Source of the DNA: Takakia lepidozioides
Lineage: Eukaryota > Plantae > Bryophyta
Reading direction: 5' to 3'
NCBI GenBank assembly: GCA_030704615.1
Contig: CM060732.1
Location: 15,748,001-15,812,000, forward strand
DNA length: 64,000 nt
A model generated the notes under the pieces. That model was not told the origin of the DNA. It was given only the letters and a program-made list of their open reading frames with translations, and searched no databases. Numbering within the stretch: the first letter of the stretch is position 1; the number at the start of each line of letters is the position of its first letter. Below are positions 1-11,118 of this stretch, one piece after another. Made by a program: the position numbers and the translations under genes.

Positions 1-123
1 TAGGGCTCGTACACACAGTCCGCCAAGAAACTCTCAACGTCAAAAAGGTGCTCACTCACAAAGGTTTGCTAATCGAAATCAGTAAACCGTGAGGACACGG
101 CTTTTTGAGGGGGGAAAATGTAA

Positions 124-1143
124 TGTTAGAGGACTGTCTGGGACTTAGACACTTAAACGGGATCTGTAGGGTACCCTTAATTTTTGCACAGACTGAGACC
201 AACAGGAGCCTTAGGGGTGACAGCAGCGCACTGTAGAGGGGGGTTACACAGCCCGTCACAGTCATCACAGCCGACACAGCCAAACACAGCCCGTCACAGT
301 AGTCACAGCCGACACAGCCAACACAGCCCGTCACAGTCATCACAGCCGACACAGCCAACGCAGCCCGTTACAGTCGTCACAGCAGACACAGCCGACACAG
401 CCCGTCACAGTCGTCACAGCCGACACAGCCATCACAGCCGACACAGCCCGACACAGCCACACAGCCAGTCACAGCCCGACACAGCCAAACACAGTCGCAC
501 AGCCAATCACAGCTTGACACAGCTGTCACGATCATAGGGAACGGAGAGCAGACCGGGAACGACTGTGGGGAACAACACCTGCGAAGGGAACATGTTAGTT
601 CACAGATGACGGTTAGTGAGGGAAACGGTTAGAACCACGGGTAGGAAGATAAAGGGAGAAGCGGGGAGATCATTCGGTGGAGGACTTCTTGGTCATCGAG
701 GAGAGGGGATCGGGCAGAGATGAAGAACGGAAGTGAAGATAGAGAGATGATGAGTAGATGCTTGTTATATGCAAGGCTGTAATGATATTGTAGAGCAGAT
801 TAGAGACACAATGGCTTCGGCCTGATACCTGATAAATCATAATCGGATACTTTTACGATACAATCACACTGTAGAGAGAGATCAGAGTGAAGCTGTGGTA
901 TGAATGGATGAGTTGATGGAATCCAATAGATTGATAAAGCAAACTGATACTTAATTATCAATGGTAAGGTAGCTAACATGAATGCCAAAAGGGAAACAAA
1001 TAGGAAACACCCCCATGATACACTAGCTGTAGGTCATGACTGATTGTTCTGCGCGGGCTGGGTACTTAGAGATTTCCAACTCTTCTATCTTGGAGTTTCC
1101 GCCTCGAATAGCAAAGGGATGGATGAGTAAATGCCGCGCGACA
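124..1143 (+). mobile_element. 3' LTR of a Ty3/gypsy element (same family as 31545-41920); body lies upstream of the window
   Basis: Begins TGTTAG at 124 and ends CGACA at 1143. Colinear with LTR 31545-32516 along its length. Preceded by polypurine tract GAGGGGGGAAAA (107-118) and not followed by a PBS. Confidence 0.88.
245..527 (+). repeat. CACAGC-core degenerate tandem repeat in the LTR
   Basis: Dozens of ACACAGCC/GTCACAG units; equivalent block at 31660-31892. Confidence 0.9.
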
Positions 1144-1417
1144 GGTCCTTGTTGCAAGTGGAGCCGCCACGATGGTTTCTTCCCTCATCTATCTCTTGGA
1201 CTGGTGCTGCCCCTCCAATCCTCCTTCTCCTTGAGAGGATCCTTGCTCTTGGTGTACCATGCCAACTCTGATCAAAGATTTCTGTCAAATCTTTAACCCA
1301 GGGATGTACCTCAGATCTTTCCCCTCGTGGTTGATCTTCTTCCTGTACCAAGTCCCTTAACCTTTCTTGTAAAGAATAAGAAGGAGTGGCATCCAAATTA
1401 GGTTCTTCCGGTATCAC
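1144..1417 (-). mobile_element. Inverted fragment of the gag-proximal region of the same gypsy family
   Basis: Translation IPEEPNLDATPSYSLQERLRDLVQEEDQPRGERSEVHPWVKDLTEIFDQSWHGTP matches the + strand translation at ~33278-33445 (IPEELELDVTPSFSLQERLRELVQEEDQPRGERSEVRPWIKDLT*IFDKSWHGTP). Confidence 0.9.
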
Positions 1418-1738
1418 CGAAGTCCATCCCCCCGGATGGAAATTCGGCGCCGCATTTACATCGAAGAGGGGATGGACTTCGTCGTGTCCAGTGGCTATCG
1501 GCCCACCTGGCAGTGAGTGCCCATAGTTTGCATGGCAGGGTAGGAAACTGAAACGGCTACATTCATGAAGCAGCCAATCTTCATCGGTCCAGGATCCTGT
1601 AGGGGGGAAATTTAAATGTGCCCTAGAGTGTTTGTGAGGAATTGCAGCGTTAGCTTGAACTTTTTCCAGCCACCGCGCTGCTCCTCCTCCATCCGGGAGC
1701 TGCTGTCATTGAGCGTACTCCGCTACTCTTTTTCAAGG

Positions 1739-2317
1739 ATGCCGTGCCGCCGAAATCCAGCCGACTGCCCTTATCATGGCCACGATTATGCTATGTTCAA
1801 ACCAGAATCAGGAGACATCATTGTCTGGCTCTCTGTTTTCACAGACGCTGCTGGAATCAAGCAAGAGTCTTTGCGCGCAATGGAGTATCTGGAGGGCTAT
1901 TACCGCTTTGAGCGAGGTGAGGGCGAGGGTCAATGCGGTCCGTGGGTCCTGAAAATTGTTGACCTCGATATACCAACCTGGAAAGGGATGCCAGACAGAT
2001 CACGCACGGCCTCGCTTTGGCGCTGGAACTGCTGCCAGTGGACCAAGGAGGACGGCACCGGGGAAAACTATATACGTGCAGATCACTCCGCTCTTCCAGT
2101 GTATGGAGACATTCGGCTGAGTTGCGAAGACGAATCGCACGGGCACATGAGGCCCACAGTGACCTTGTCAATGTATGATGGTGGTATCATTGATGGACAT
2201 GACATTGTCGTCGGCTCCAGCAAGGGCAGCAGAATGACCGAATTGCAGTTTACCTCGAAGTGTCGCAGCACAGATGAGCTAGTTTTGAGTGGTATCGAAG
2301 TTCCGTCGACTTGGTGA
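1739..2317 (+). CDS. Orphan intronless ORF (~192 aa), probable cargo gene of the palindrome-marked element
   Basis: Uninterrupted ORF from ATG 1739 (MPCRRNPADCPYHGH...) with globular, protein-like composition. No family recognised. Confidence 0.5.
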   Translation: MPCRRNPADCPYHGHDYAMFKPESGDIIVWLSVFTDAAGIKQESLRAMEYLEGYYRFERGEGEGQCGPWVLKIVDLDIPTWKGMPDRSRTASLWRWNCCQWTKEDGTGENYIRADHSALPVYGDIRLSCEDESHGHMRPTVTLSMYDGGIIDGHDIVVGSSKGSRMTELQFTSKCRSTDELVLSGIEVPSTW

Positions 2318-2574
2318 AGCCCATGTAGAAGGAGGAAGGGCTTAGTTTTGTCTGCAGTTGGTAAATGTGAGACATCGTGTCCGATCAATAAACCCATCGT
2401 ACCTCACTTCTGTATGATTGTGTTTCATTCTGTTGAATAACTCTCGGAATTGGCCCACTGTTTACAATTTGATGTCTCATTTCTACAATGTGTCTGTCCG
2501 GATGAATATAGCAGAGTAACCGGTATGTGAGTCATGTGTCAAGAATATACCAGAGTAACGCCATGTCGGACATT

Positions 2575-3376
2575 GGAATGCGGTGGCGCATTTCCATGTC
2601 GGCATCGAAATGCGGCACTGCATTTCCATGTGGGACAAGGAAATGCGGTGCCGCATTTCCATGCCGACATGGAAATGTATGAACCGCATTTCAGTGTCGG
2701 ACAATGAAATGCGGTGCATCATTTCCGTCCAGGTACACGAAATACCAACACGGGTCTATAAATTGGACAGACAACGAGGTTGGCATTGCAAATGCGGCAA
2801 CACATTTCCAGCTTGGCAATGGAAACTTCTTTTTGGACAAGGGAATGCGGTGCCGCATTTCCGTCCAACACTTCGAAAAGTGCACCTATTTCCGACCAGC
2901 TCGATGGAATGCGTTACCGCATTTCCGTGAGAGGGTCTGCAAATGGACAAATTGCGATGTCCTTTCTGGAAATGCGGCGCCGCATTTCCATGTCCGTCAT
3001 CGACTTTTTTTTAACAACGGAATGCGGTGCCAATTTTTGCTCACAAGGGCCTGCAGTTCGAACAACGACCATCCCCAATATGGAAATGCGGCACCGCATT
3101 TCCAATTCCGCCATCTCGACCTCCTTGTTCGACCTCCTTGTTCGACCTCTGTAAGCGTGGTGGCATCCATGCAATGAGCGGGAGAGGCCAAAACTGGCGT
3201 GTGGACAAAGGAAATTTTGGAAATGCGGCACCGCATTTCCAATCGGCCGATTACTTTTTACTATGCCAACATTGAAATGGAAATTTAGTCCCTCCCCTGT
3301 TTTGGAAATGCGGTGCCGCATTTCCAAAAGAGGTTCTTAGAGTTGCCAAAATTTTGGAAATGCGGTGCCCCATTTC
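2575..3376. repeat. Array of ~14 palindromes GGAAATGCGG-NN-CCGCATTTCC with mostly non-repeating spacers
   Basis: Copies at ~2575, 2607, 2639, 2671, 2706, 2788, 2841, 2906, 2968, 3019, 3082, 3219, 3304 and 3356. Perfect 24-bp palindrome TGGAAATGCGGCGCCGCATTTCCA at 2967-2990. Confidence 0.92.
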
Positions 3377-3513
3377 TGATTTTGGGAGCGTCGTGGTTTG
3401 GGCGATTGTGTGGCTGGAATGCACACTGGAGAGGGGTCACGAATGTCGGGCAGAATTTCCTTTATATACTCTGGAAGAGAATTTACATTTACAGAGACTT
3501 CATTAAAATTCTA

Positions 3514-3960
3514 TTAATCTTGAAAATCATCCGAATCCTCATCCTGTTCTAGACTGTCCTGCTCCGCCTCCACCCCCTCAGTGCCTTTCTCATCTCCAGC
3601 GGACTGCTCGTTGGCCAGGCTTTCGAAAATCCCATCTTCCCCTTGCGGAACTGTCCATCTCACCTCCGTTGGGTCGTCTTCCTCCCTGTCTGCGTCGCTC
3701 TCATCCGCTGAATCACATATGTACTTTCGTACCCGTCTACTGTCTGAGCTGCTGCCAACTCTTTCCTTATCCTTCTGTCCTCCCTAGCCCTCTCCAAAAT
3801 CTGCTCTACTTTACTGGGATTCTCACTTCTTCTAAATGCTGTATTTGCGAGTTTAGCTGCATAACTAGGAAGGGAGTAGTCCCTCACCGGGCTCGTCATG
3901 AAGTCGGCCCTCGCAAAGAACGGGACATTCTTCCTGGCAGGAAGTGTAGGCCCTACATGT
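3514..3960 (-). pseudogene. Small orphan ORF with acidic tail, apparently frameshifted
   Basis: ...YAAKLANTAFRRSENPSKVEQILERAREDRRIRKEL... then, in a shifted frame, DSADESDADREEDDPTEVRW...EDSDDFQD* ending at TAA 3514-3516. Confidence 0.4.
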
Positions 3961-4081
3961 TTCGACCCGGACCCTGCAATCCTGCACATGACAATCATCA
4001 ACGAGACTAATGAGAACCACAGTCGGAAATTTGTTTGACAAAAATGACCCAGAAGGCTTTGCAAACTTACAATGTTTGCAC

Positions 4082-6419
4082 TCACTCGTATTCCGGGTTC
4101 TCCTCCGCATCAATGTCCACTGTGTCTTCCTCGGACTCCGACGAATCCGAGGAGACTTCCGCTCTGTCGGGAGCCTTAACATTCCGTTGCAGCCCTTCCA
4201 GATGGGATCCCCACACGGATGAATCCTCCTCGTAGGCAAAGAGGTGCCAGTTGGAAAACCGCCCAGCCCACATTGAGGCACCTGTTACAATGCCATCCAC
4301 ACATTACCACATGGCGCTTCAGATGTTGCGAACTACATCCTAACGAGAATTTGCAGAACAGCATAGATCAAGATTCTGCATACCTGTCCCACAGATGAGG
4401 TCGAGCACTGTGCCCTCCACGTCTGTGCATGTCTCCATAATTGTCTGAATGAAGGCAGGGCTCCGAGTCCGTGAGTACCGCAGGGGGTTCCGTTGAAGTG
4501 AGGCTATGAGGGAGAAGTTCATTGGGAACGTTGTTGAACTGAACGTCGTAATCGAGGGGGTCGCAGTTCGGGTCAACCTTTCCTCCCTCCTTCCGGAAAG
4601 CAAAGGTGGAGTTCTCCTTCACAAAGCAGTATGCATCGAACTGCTTCGTCTGCATACACAGGGGGGAACGATTAGAAACCGAATGCGGCACCGCATTTGA
4701 AAACACCCAAGCAAATGAATGGACGAGTGCCAGTGTCGTAATCACCTTCTTCCTTCCGACCGAAGGCCCAGTGTGTTGATGCACGTCCACTTCTTTTTCA
4801 GAATCGGGACGGCGCTCTTGCGGGTCCACTTCGCAATTCCTGTCTGAGTGTTTTTCCTCTGCTCGCCAGGACAACCACACAGCCTTTGTCGTCCAACACC
4901 ATGCGGGCAAGCCCGAATCCATTCTTCCAAAAGTCCTCCGAGTACCTGTTCCAAGATGGCAAAGCTTGCAGTCCTTCCACAGGCTCTCCGTCCGGAATAT
5001 CCAAGATGATCATATCGCAAGACCACTCGGTGGCATTTCCGCCCCTCCTACAATCCTTGTCTGCACACACCCTCTCAAAGAACGAGACCATATTCTGAAA
5101 TCCTGGGTGTCGGAAGGCTCTTCGGCAGTGCCTTCTTCAGTGCTCTGCCCTTCAGACCCTCCGTGGTCTTCATGTATGCCAACTTGGCTGCCCGTCCATC
5201 CAAAGCCGCCAAGAAACTCTCATTTACACACTGGACTACTGTTTCGGGAGCCACTTTCGGCCTCTTCATTTCCACCGGCTCGAAAGGGTGCCCCCCTGGG
5301 GGGCTGAAGAGTGCCTTCTTTGCCGAGCCAGTTCTCGTGCCTCTCGAGACAACGGTGGGCATAGGGGAGGCAGCCTGCGTTTGGTTGGGGGGGTGGGCTG
5401 GGTGTGCAAAGTCTCCATCGGAGTCCTCTTCCTCACCCTCTTCCTGAACAGGTTGTTTCTGCTTCTTCGTTTTGGCGGGTGTCACAACAGCTGCTCCTTG
5501 CTGGCGAGTCCTCTTCTTCGACCCCTTCTGTTGGGCCTGCACAGCTGCATCCACCGTCTTTTGTGCCATCTCAGCTGCCTTTCTGGATTCTTCCAGAGCA
5601 GCAGATTCCTTTGCCGACTTTGGCCCAGCAGGGACACGTCTTTCCTTCTCTTCTCTTCTGCCAAGGCGTGCAGATCTTTCTCAGACTCGTCAACAATACG
5701 GCCAGACATGTCCAGGTACCACGGGCATCCAACGAGATGCGCGGGATGCCATTGTTTCTGCATCTCGGGTGTGTAGACACAGCTTGGGCCTGCCACGGTC
5801 CAAGCCATGAAGAACGGGGGCTCTTGAGCCAGGGCCCCTGTCTGAAGGAGCACGTATTTCATATACCTGCAAGGCAATCAGCATGCGTGAGCAAAAGTTG
5901 AGACCAACCTACTCGCAGAGTGCCACCGAAAACATAAAATGCGAATGCGGTGCCGCATTTCCGAGACAAACCTCGTAACCAGGCTTCGCATACAAGGGCA
6001 GCTGTGCTTCACCTGTAAACAATTCGCATTGCAGCTTTCCCCGCTCCCTCCTGATGTGTAAACTCCACGCTCCTTCTTGCTGTCTGTAGCTCTCTGGCGA
6101 AAAGGTTGTCCTTGTACGCACATCTGAAACGTGTCACGTAGTCTTCCAATGTCTGTGTTCATCCCATTTGACGTACAAGCCGAACGAATTTGTGTGCATT
6201 ACGACTTGCTCCTTCGCATTCGACATTACCTGCGATTCCCAAATGCATTGTCACGTAGCAGTTCAGGGAATTCATTCAGAAAAGCAAATCAAATCTGGGG
6301 AAGTACCTTGAATTACCTGGAACCACCAAGTCATGCGGTTGAGCCACACATCCACTGCAGGGGTCGGAAACTTCGAGTGGAAAAGACCACATTTGTCCTT
6401 TGCTCTCGGATGCATTCCA
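4082..6419 (-). pseudogene. Spliced beta-class amino (N4C/N6A) DNA methyltransferase-like gene, frameshifted; 5' end lost in the gap
   Basis: Motif IV-like CDMIILDIPDG (DIPD at 4990-5001), then motif X-like RSPAFIQTIMETCT, then motif I/II VLDLICGT^GASMWAGRFSNWHLFAYEED joined in frame across GT-AG intron 4282-4383. Further GT-AG introns at 4650-4745 and 5867-6012. Several frameshifts. Confidence 0.72.
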
Positions 6420-6919
6420 NNNNNNNNNNNNNNNNNNNNNNNNNNNNNNNNNNNNNNNNNNNNNNNNNNNNNNNNNNNNNNNNNNNNNNNNNNNNNNNNN
6501 NNNNNNNNNNNNNNNNNNNNNNNNNNNNNNNNNNNNNNNNNNNNNNNNNNNNNNNNNNNNNNNNNNNNNNNNNNNNNNNNNNNNNNNNNNNNNNNNNNNN
6601 NNNNNNNNNNNNNNNNNNNNNNNNNNNNNNNNNNNNNNNNNNNNNNNNNNNNNNNNNNNNNNNNNNNNNNNNNNNNNNNNNNNNNNNNNNNNNNNNNNNN
6701 NNNNNNNNNNNNNNNNNNNNNNNNNNNNNNNNNNNNNNNNNNNNNNNNNNNNNNNNNNNNNNNNNNNNNNNNNNNNNNNNNNNNNNNNNNNNNNNNNNNN
6801 NNNNNNNNNNNNNNNNNNNNNNNNNNNNNNNNNNNNNNNNNNNNNNNNNNNNNNNNNNNNNNNNNNNNNNNNNNNNNNNNNNNNNNNNNNNNNNNNNNNN
6901 NNNNNNNNNNNNNNNNNNN
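6420..6919. other. Assembly gap (500 N)
   Basis: Run of N. Confidence 1.
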
Positions 6920-7370
6920 GAAGATTGTACTCATAAGACGTTGTTTGTCGTTGGCCATTGACCCCGCGCCCAGTTTGAGCGGAACAAAAGGGAAATAACT
7001 GTTCTGTCAGGGGCTGACGTGTAGGAAGACCTACCTTAATTATATAGAATTAATCTGGGTTCTCCAGATATCCTCTAGAAATCCCTTCACACAAGCATAA
7101 AACTGATGTGTGTGATTTGCCCAAACTAGGCCTCAGGAGGGCCTGGGCTTTTGGCTCAGCCTTAAGACTTTTCAAAGTTGGTAAAACAGAGGTACAGGCA
7201 CAATTTCCTTGATAGATTTGAAGAGAGCGTCTCTTTGGTGAGAGAACCCCGGACAGTGTATCAGAAAATGAGTACTATCTTCAGATTGCCCACACAACGG
7301 GCAATTGCACTCTCCCTTTCCTCTCTGCTTCTGTTGGTTGTTCAAAGGTAGGCTTCCTGCCCTGAGTTTA
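6920..7370 (-). mobile_element. RTE-X-type LINE 3' end fragment
   Basis: Colinear with 48589-49038 (3' UTR plus CPLCGQSEDSTHFLIHC zinc-knuckle region). Confidence 0.88.
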
Positions 7371-10300
7371 ATACGGGCACGGACGGTGAAGTGGACGTGC
7401 CCGGCATGAAACGACTTTCAAGTTTCTACGAGTTGCCATATTGGGCGGTACATATTCCACAAAAACACTGTCAATATCCCTATACATGCATGTGATATTG
7501 CACATTTGGTATGCGTTGCATTGACTTTCACGTAAATTTTTTGTGTAAGTCTTTGGGGTGGGGATATATGTAGGACCTGAAGATTCACCATCTTCTAGAT
7601 CCCATGCATATTGAGAAGCGTGTCTGCTCGTCCTTTTTTCGGGTTCTTCATGGCACGCCGGCAAAGAAGAGAGTGGCTGCAAAAGGAGATTCTCTCGGTG
7701 TTAGAAAGGAGCTTGAGGAGCAGGGTCGCATGCGCCATCTATGGGCTGAACAAAATGGTGTGGACCCAAAGGGTGTTGTACGGTGGAAGTATAGGCGCGC
7801 ACCTTGGCAATGGACAAAGGAGGAATACAAGAAAGTGATAGCCACCATAAGTGCTGTCCGAACACCAACTGGTTTTGGGTCATCCCTCCGTACGAAGTTC
7901 AGCGAAGAAGACGGAGGGTCCATGGTTTGAAGTCTCATGACTACCACAATCTATTGTAAGACATCTTGCCCATTGCAGTACGTGGGACATTGATTCCCAA
8001 GGTTCGTGAGACAATCTATAGATTGGGAGGCTTGTTCCGGTGGATTTGCTCCAAAGAGTTGGAAGAAACAGATTTTTCACGCATGAAGAAGGAGGCGACG
8101 AAGGTAATGTGTATGTTGGAGATGCACCTTCCTCCCTCCTTCTTTGACATCCAAGTGCACTTGGTAGTGCACTTAGTGGAAGAGGTTTCGATTGCCGGCC
8201 CCATTCATTCTCGGTGGATGTACTTCCTTGAGCGTTATATGAAGACTTTGAAAGGATTTGTAAAACAAATGGCGCACCTGGAGGGTAGCATGGCGGAGGG
8301 GTATACGTTGCAAGAAGCTATGTTCTATTGCACGGAGTACATGGCAAGGGTGGATGAGGAATCCCCTCGGATATGGAAGGAAGAGGAGGATGCACGAACC
8401 AAAGACATCGTTTTGCCTAAAAAATCGAAGAGGGTAAAATTGCCGACCTTGGTGATTGAGCAAGCGCATGACTTCATACTAAAGAACACCCCATCTATAC
8501 ATGAGTGGAAGGCAAGATACAATAAACTTGTTCAGCAACGAGAGGAGGAGACGCTTGCATGGAGGCGGAACCATCCAAGGCCGGTTACTAGATGCCCACG
8601 ACGAGGAGCGGGCCGCGGAATGTTCCTTCACAAAATTTGCCCATGGAATTGCAGCCTCTAAGTTCATTCCAATAGTGGCTTTGGACTTCAGTTTATGACG
8701 CCGTTGCTCAAGGAGAGGTGGTTTGAAATTTGGTGCAAGATATTGTAAGGGGCCCCTCTCAATTCACGACCTCATACACGACAGTTTGGGTTCACGGTCG
8801 TCATTTCCGCATTCATGCTCTTGACATGAAGCGCAAAACAACCTTTGATTCTGGCTTGTGTGCCACATATTGGCAAGACTCCGTGTGGGGCAAGGGAGAT
8901 ACACGACCTGCTATGAGCAAACTTGAGTACATTGGAGAGCTTGAGAGCATACTTCAACTTAAGGTACCGGCCTCTTCTCTTCAAGGGAAGGTGGTTCCAG
9001 CCACATCTTGTGGGGCCCTCCACAACACTAGTTCAAGATGATTGTGGTTTCATGCGCGTCAATGCAGATAGGCTCAACCCTACTCATCGTCCCTCCGATG
9101 AGCCTTTTTTCACGGCCTTTAGACATGGAGCAAGTTTTCTTCTCCGATGACAAAACAAGAGGGGAGAATTGGAAGGTGGTTGTGCATGCTCAGCCAAGAG
9201 GAAGACATATCTATCATGGTCTCGGATCTCCATGGGGTGAGGCAATTGCGGTGGACGGAGAGACTGGTCATAATGATGCTGATGATGGAGGTTGGGTAGA
9301 GGGGGTAGAAGAGGATGATGATGGCCCGGACAATGCATCCTGGACCCTATATGATGAAGCTTTAGAAGATACGGATGTTGGAGAAGGAGACGAAGACACG
9401 GCCATTGACAATGAGGTGGAGGATGATTCAGAGGTGCCTTTTGAGGGCCGGGCCATTTATGACGATGACAAGAAGACTTGCAGCTTGATGAGGATGAAGA
9501 GGCTCCGGATGATGATGTTCAAGTTTATTAGACACAAAATCAAAGCTACATAACAATTCTCGTACCGAACTGGACCCATCCCTTCGATTGATTGTACATG
9601 TACATGCATATTGTACTTTATTTCTATGATTCAGCAAATATGGCTGTGGCTGGTAGTCTTTCAAGAAAGAAGGCAAAGACAATGAATATGTTGGAGCAAC
9701 ACATACAGATGTGGTATCAAAAGAATTATCAAAATGAATGTCACAATCTACAAGAAGGTCCACAACAACAAGCTAAACCATAAAGAAAAACAAACACCCT
9801 ACCCCAGTACCATATGAAAAAAAAAAAAAAAACTAAGAACCCCCAAAGGCCCTAAACCTAAACCTAGAAAGCCTTGCCGTCACCTCCTGCGACCCCCACG
9901 CGTCGCCAACTACGACGCGTTTTCTTGGATTTATCAGGCCAGGGGTCGCAAACGGCGACCGCCAACCGTCGCCAACTGCGACCTGTTTTTTTGAATGGAT
10001 TTATGAGGCAGGGGGGTCGCAAACGGCGACGGCCAGCCGTCGCAAACTGTGACATGTTTTTTTGTTTTGAAAGAATAGGGCAGCCGGGCAGTTTGCCACG
10101 CCCGGCCGTCGCAGGGGCCTTTTGCCCTTCATGCCACCATGCGACGGCCTGGCGTCGCAAGAAAGGGCTGCGATGAAAGAAATGACAAAAAATGGTTTTT
10201 TTTTCCGGCGTGCGACGACCGGCCGTCGTCAGAAAGGGCTGCCTTTTGCCCTTCGCTGGGGGCGACGCTTAGGCGTCGCACGGAAGGGCTGCCATTTTCC

Positions 10301-10487
10301 CTTCATCACTCCGTGCGACGGCCAGGCGTCACCGCCTGGCCCCGGCGCCAGGTTTCACTCCCGCGGGGTTTGGCTGCGACGGCCCGACGTTGCAAACACG
10401 CTCCGCGGGGTTGGCATCGCACGCTCGGCGCCGCGCGGGGCGTGGGGGCGCGGCTGGCGTCGCAAACCCCCACCATTTGCTGTAGTG
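7371..10487 (+). mobile_element. CACTA (En/Spm) transposon, right part
   Basis: Terminus ...CATTTGCTGTAGTG at 10487 (reverse complement CACTACAGCAAATG). Subterminal GCGACG/CGTCGC repeats 9885-10465. Tnp2 remnants inside. Left boundary approximate. Confidence 0.88.
7604..9553 (+). pseudogene. CACTA Tnp2/TnpD transposase C-terminal part (DUF4218 and DUF4216 regions)
   Basis: HDYH...LPIAVRG...LEMHLPPSFFDIQVHLVVHLVEEVSIAGPIHSRWMYFLERYMKTLK...EGSMAEGY; then YIGELESIL...FKGRWF...DDCGF...DEPF...EQVFF...WKVVV. Stops and frameshifts present. Confidence 0.9.
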
Positions 10488-10763
10488 TCCCAATAGAGAG
10501 GGACCCTCTTCAGGACCATCAAGAACATAGTCCCTGCGTCTTTGTTCACCAACGTCAAAATCTCGAGGCTGAGCCTAAAGCCTCAGGGGTCTAATTGATG
10601 GGCAGCTCACACATAGCAGATTCATGCTTGTGTGAAGGGTTTTTTAAGGGATATCTGGAAAGCTCGAACTATTGTTTTTTCCAAGGTAAGTCCCACTACC
10701 GGAGTGAGCCCATCACAAAGGTTTCACGTATTTCAGTAAGATTTGAGGAGGATGATCAGCGCA

Positions 10764-10935
10764 ATTAGGAACAGGCAAATTCAAATTTGATGTTGACCTT
10801 GAGGAACCCCTCATCTCTGTCTTTTCCATGTAGCTTATCCTTGCCAGGAAATCCCATGATCTCTGCCAATGCTGTTTGTCTTCTTTTATCTCCAAGGTGC
10901 ATGAGGTACACCAACTTCTGCATGTACCCAATACC
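10764..10935 (-). pseudogene. Possible En/Spm Tnp1(TnpA)-like domain fragment
   Basis: Manual translation KLVYLMHLGDKRRQTALAEIMGFPGKDKLHGKDRDEGFLKVNIK resembles the V.L...A.(G).I...LHG...G..KV.V pattern. Short, recalled from memory. Confidence 0.35.
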
Positions 10936-11118
10936 AAACCCCAATCATTGTCAGAAGCTTAGGAAAGGCAAAGAAAGAAACCAAGAAGGTGTAGATGTGT
11001 ACCTTCCATGGTGCGACCTTAGGCGCCTCTGGGAGGATGGCTGGGGCTGCATGTCCACGAGTGATAGGCCTTGATACGGCCGTCCTCTTGGAAGGAGAGT
11101 GTTCAGGAGATTTCCCCG

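Noticed and set aside
56-537. His/Ser/Gln- or Cys/Val-rich ORFs
   Set aside because: Translations of the LTR CACAGC repeat.
2575-3376. CRISPR array
   Set aside because: Spacer lengths are very irregular, repeats are degenerate, there are no cas genes and the context is eukaryotic. Better explained as transposon binding-site palindromes.
6131-6998. ORFs spanning the N run
   Set aside because: Artefacts of the gap.
9850-9866. Interstitial telomere repeat
   Set aside because: Fewer than three imperfect CCTAAA units.
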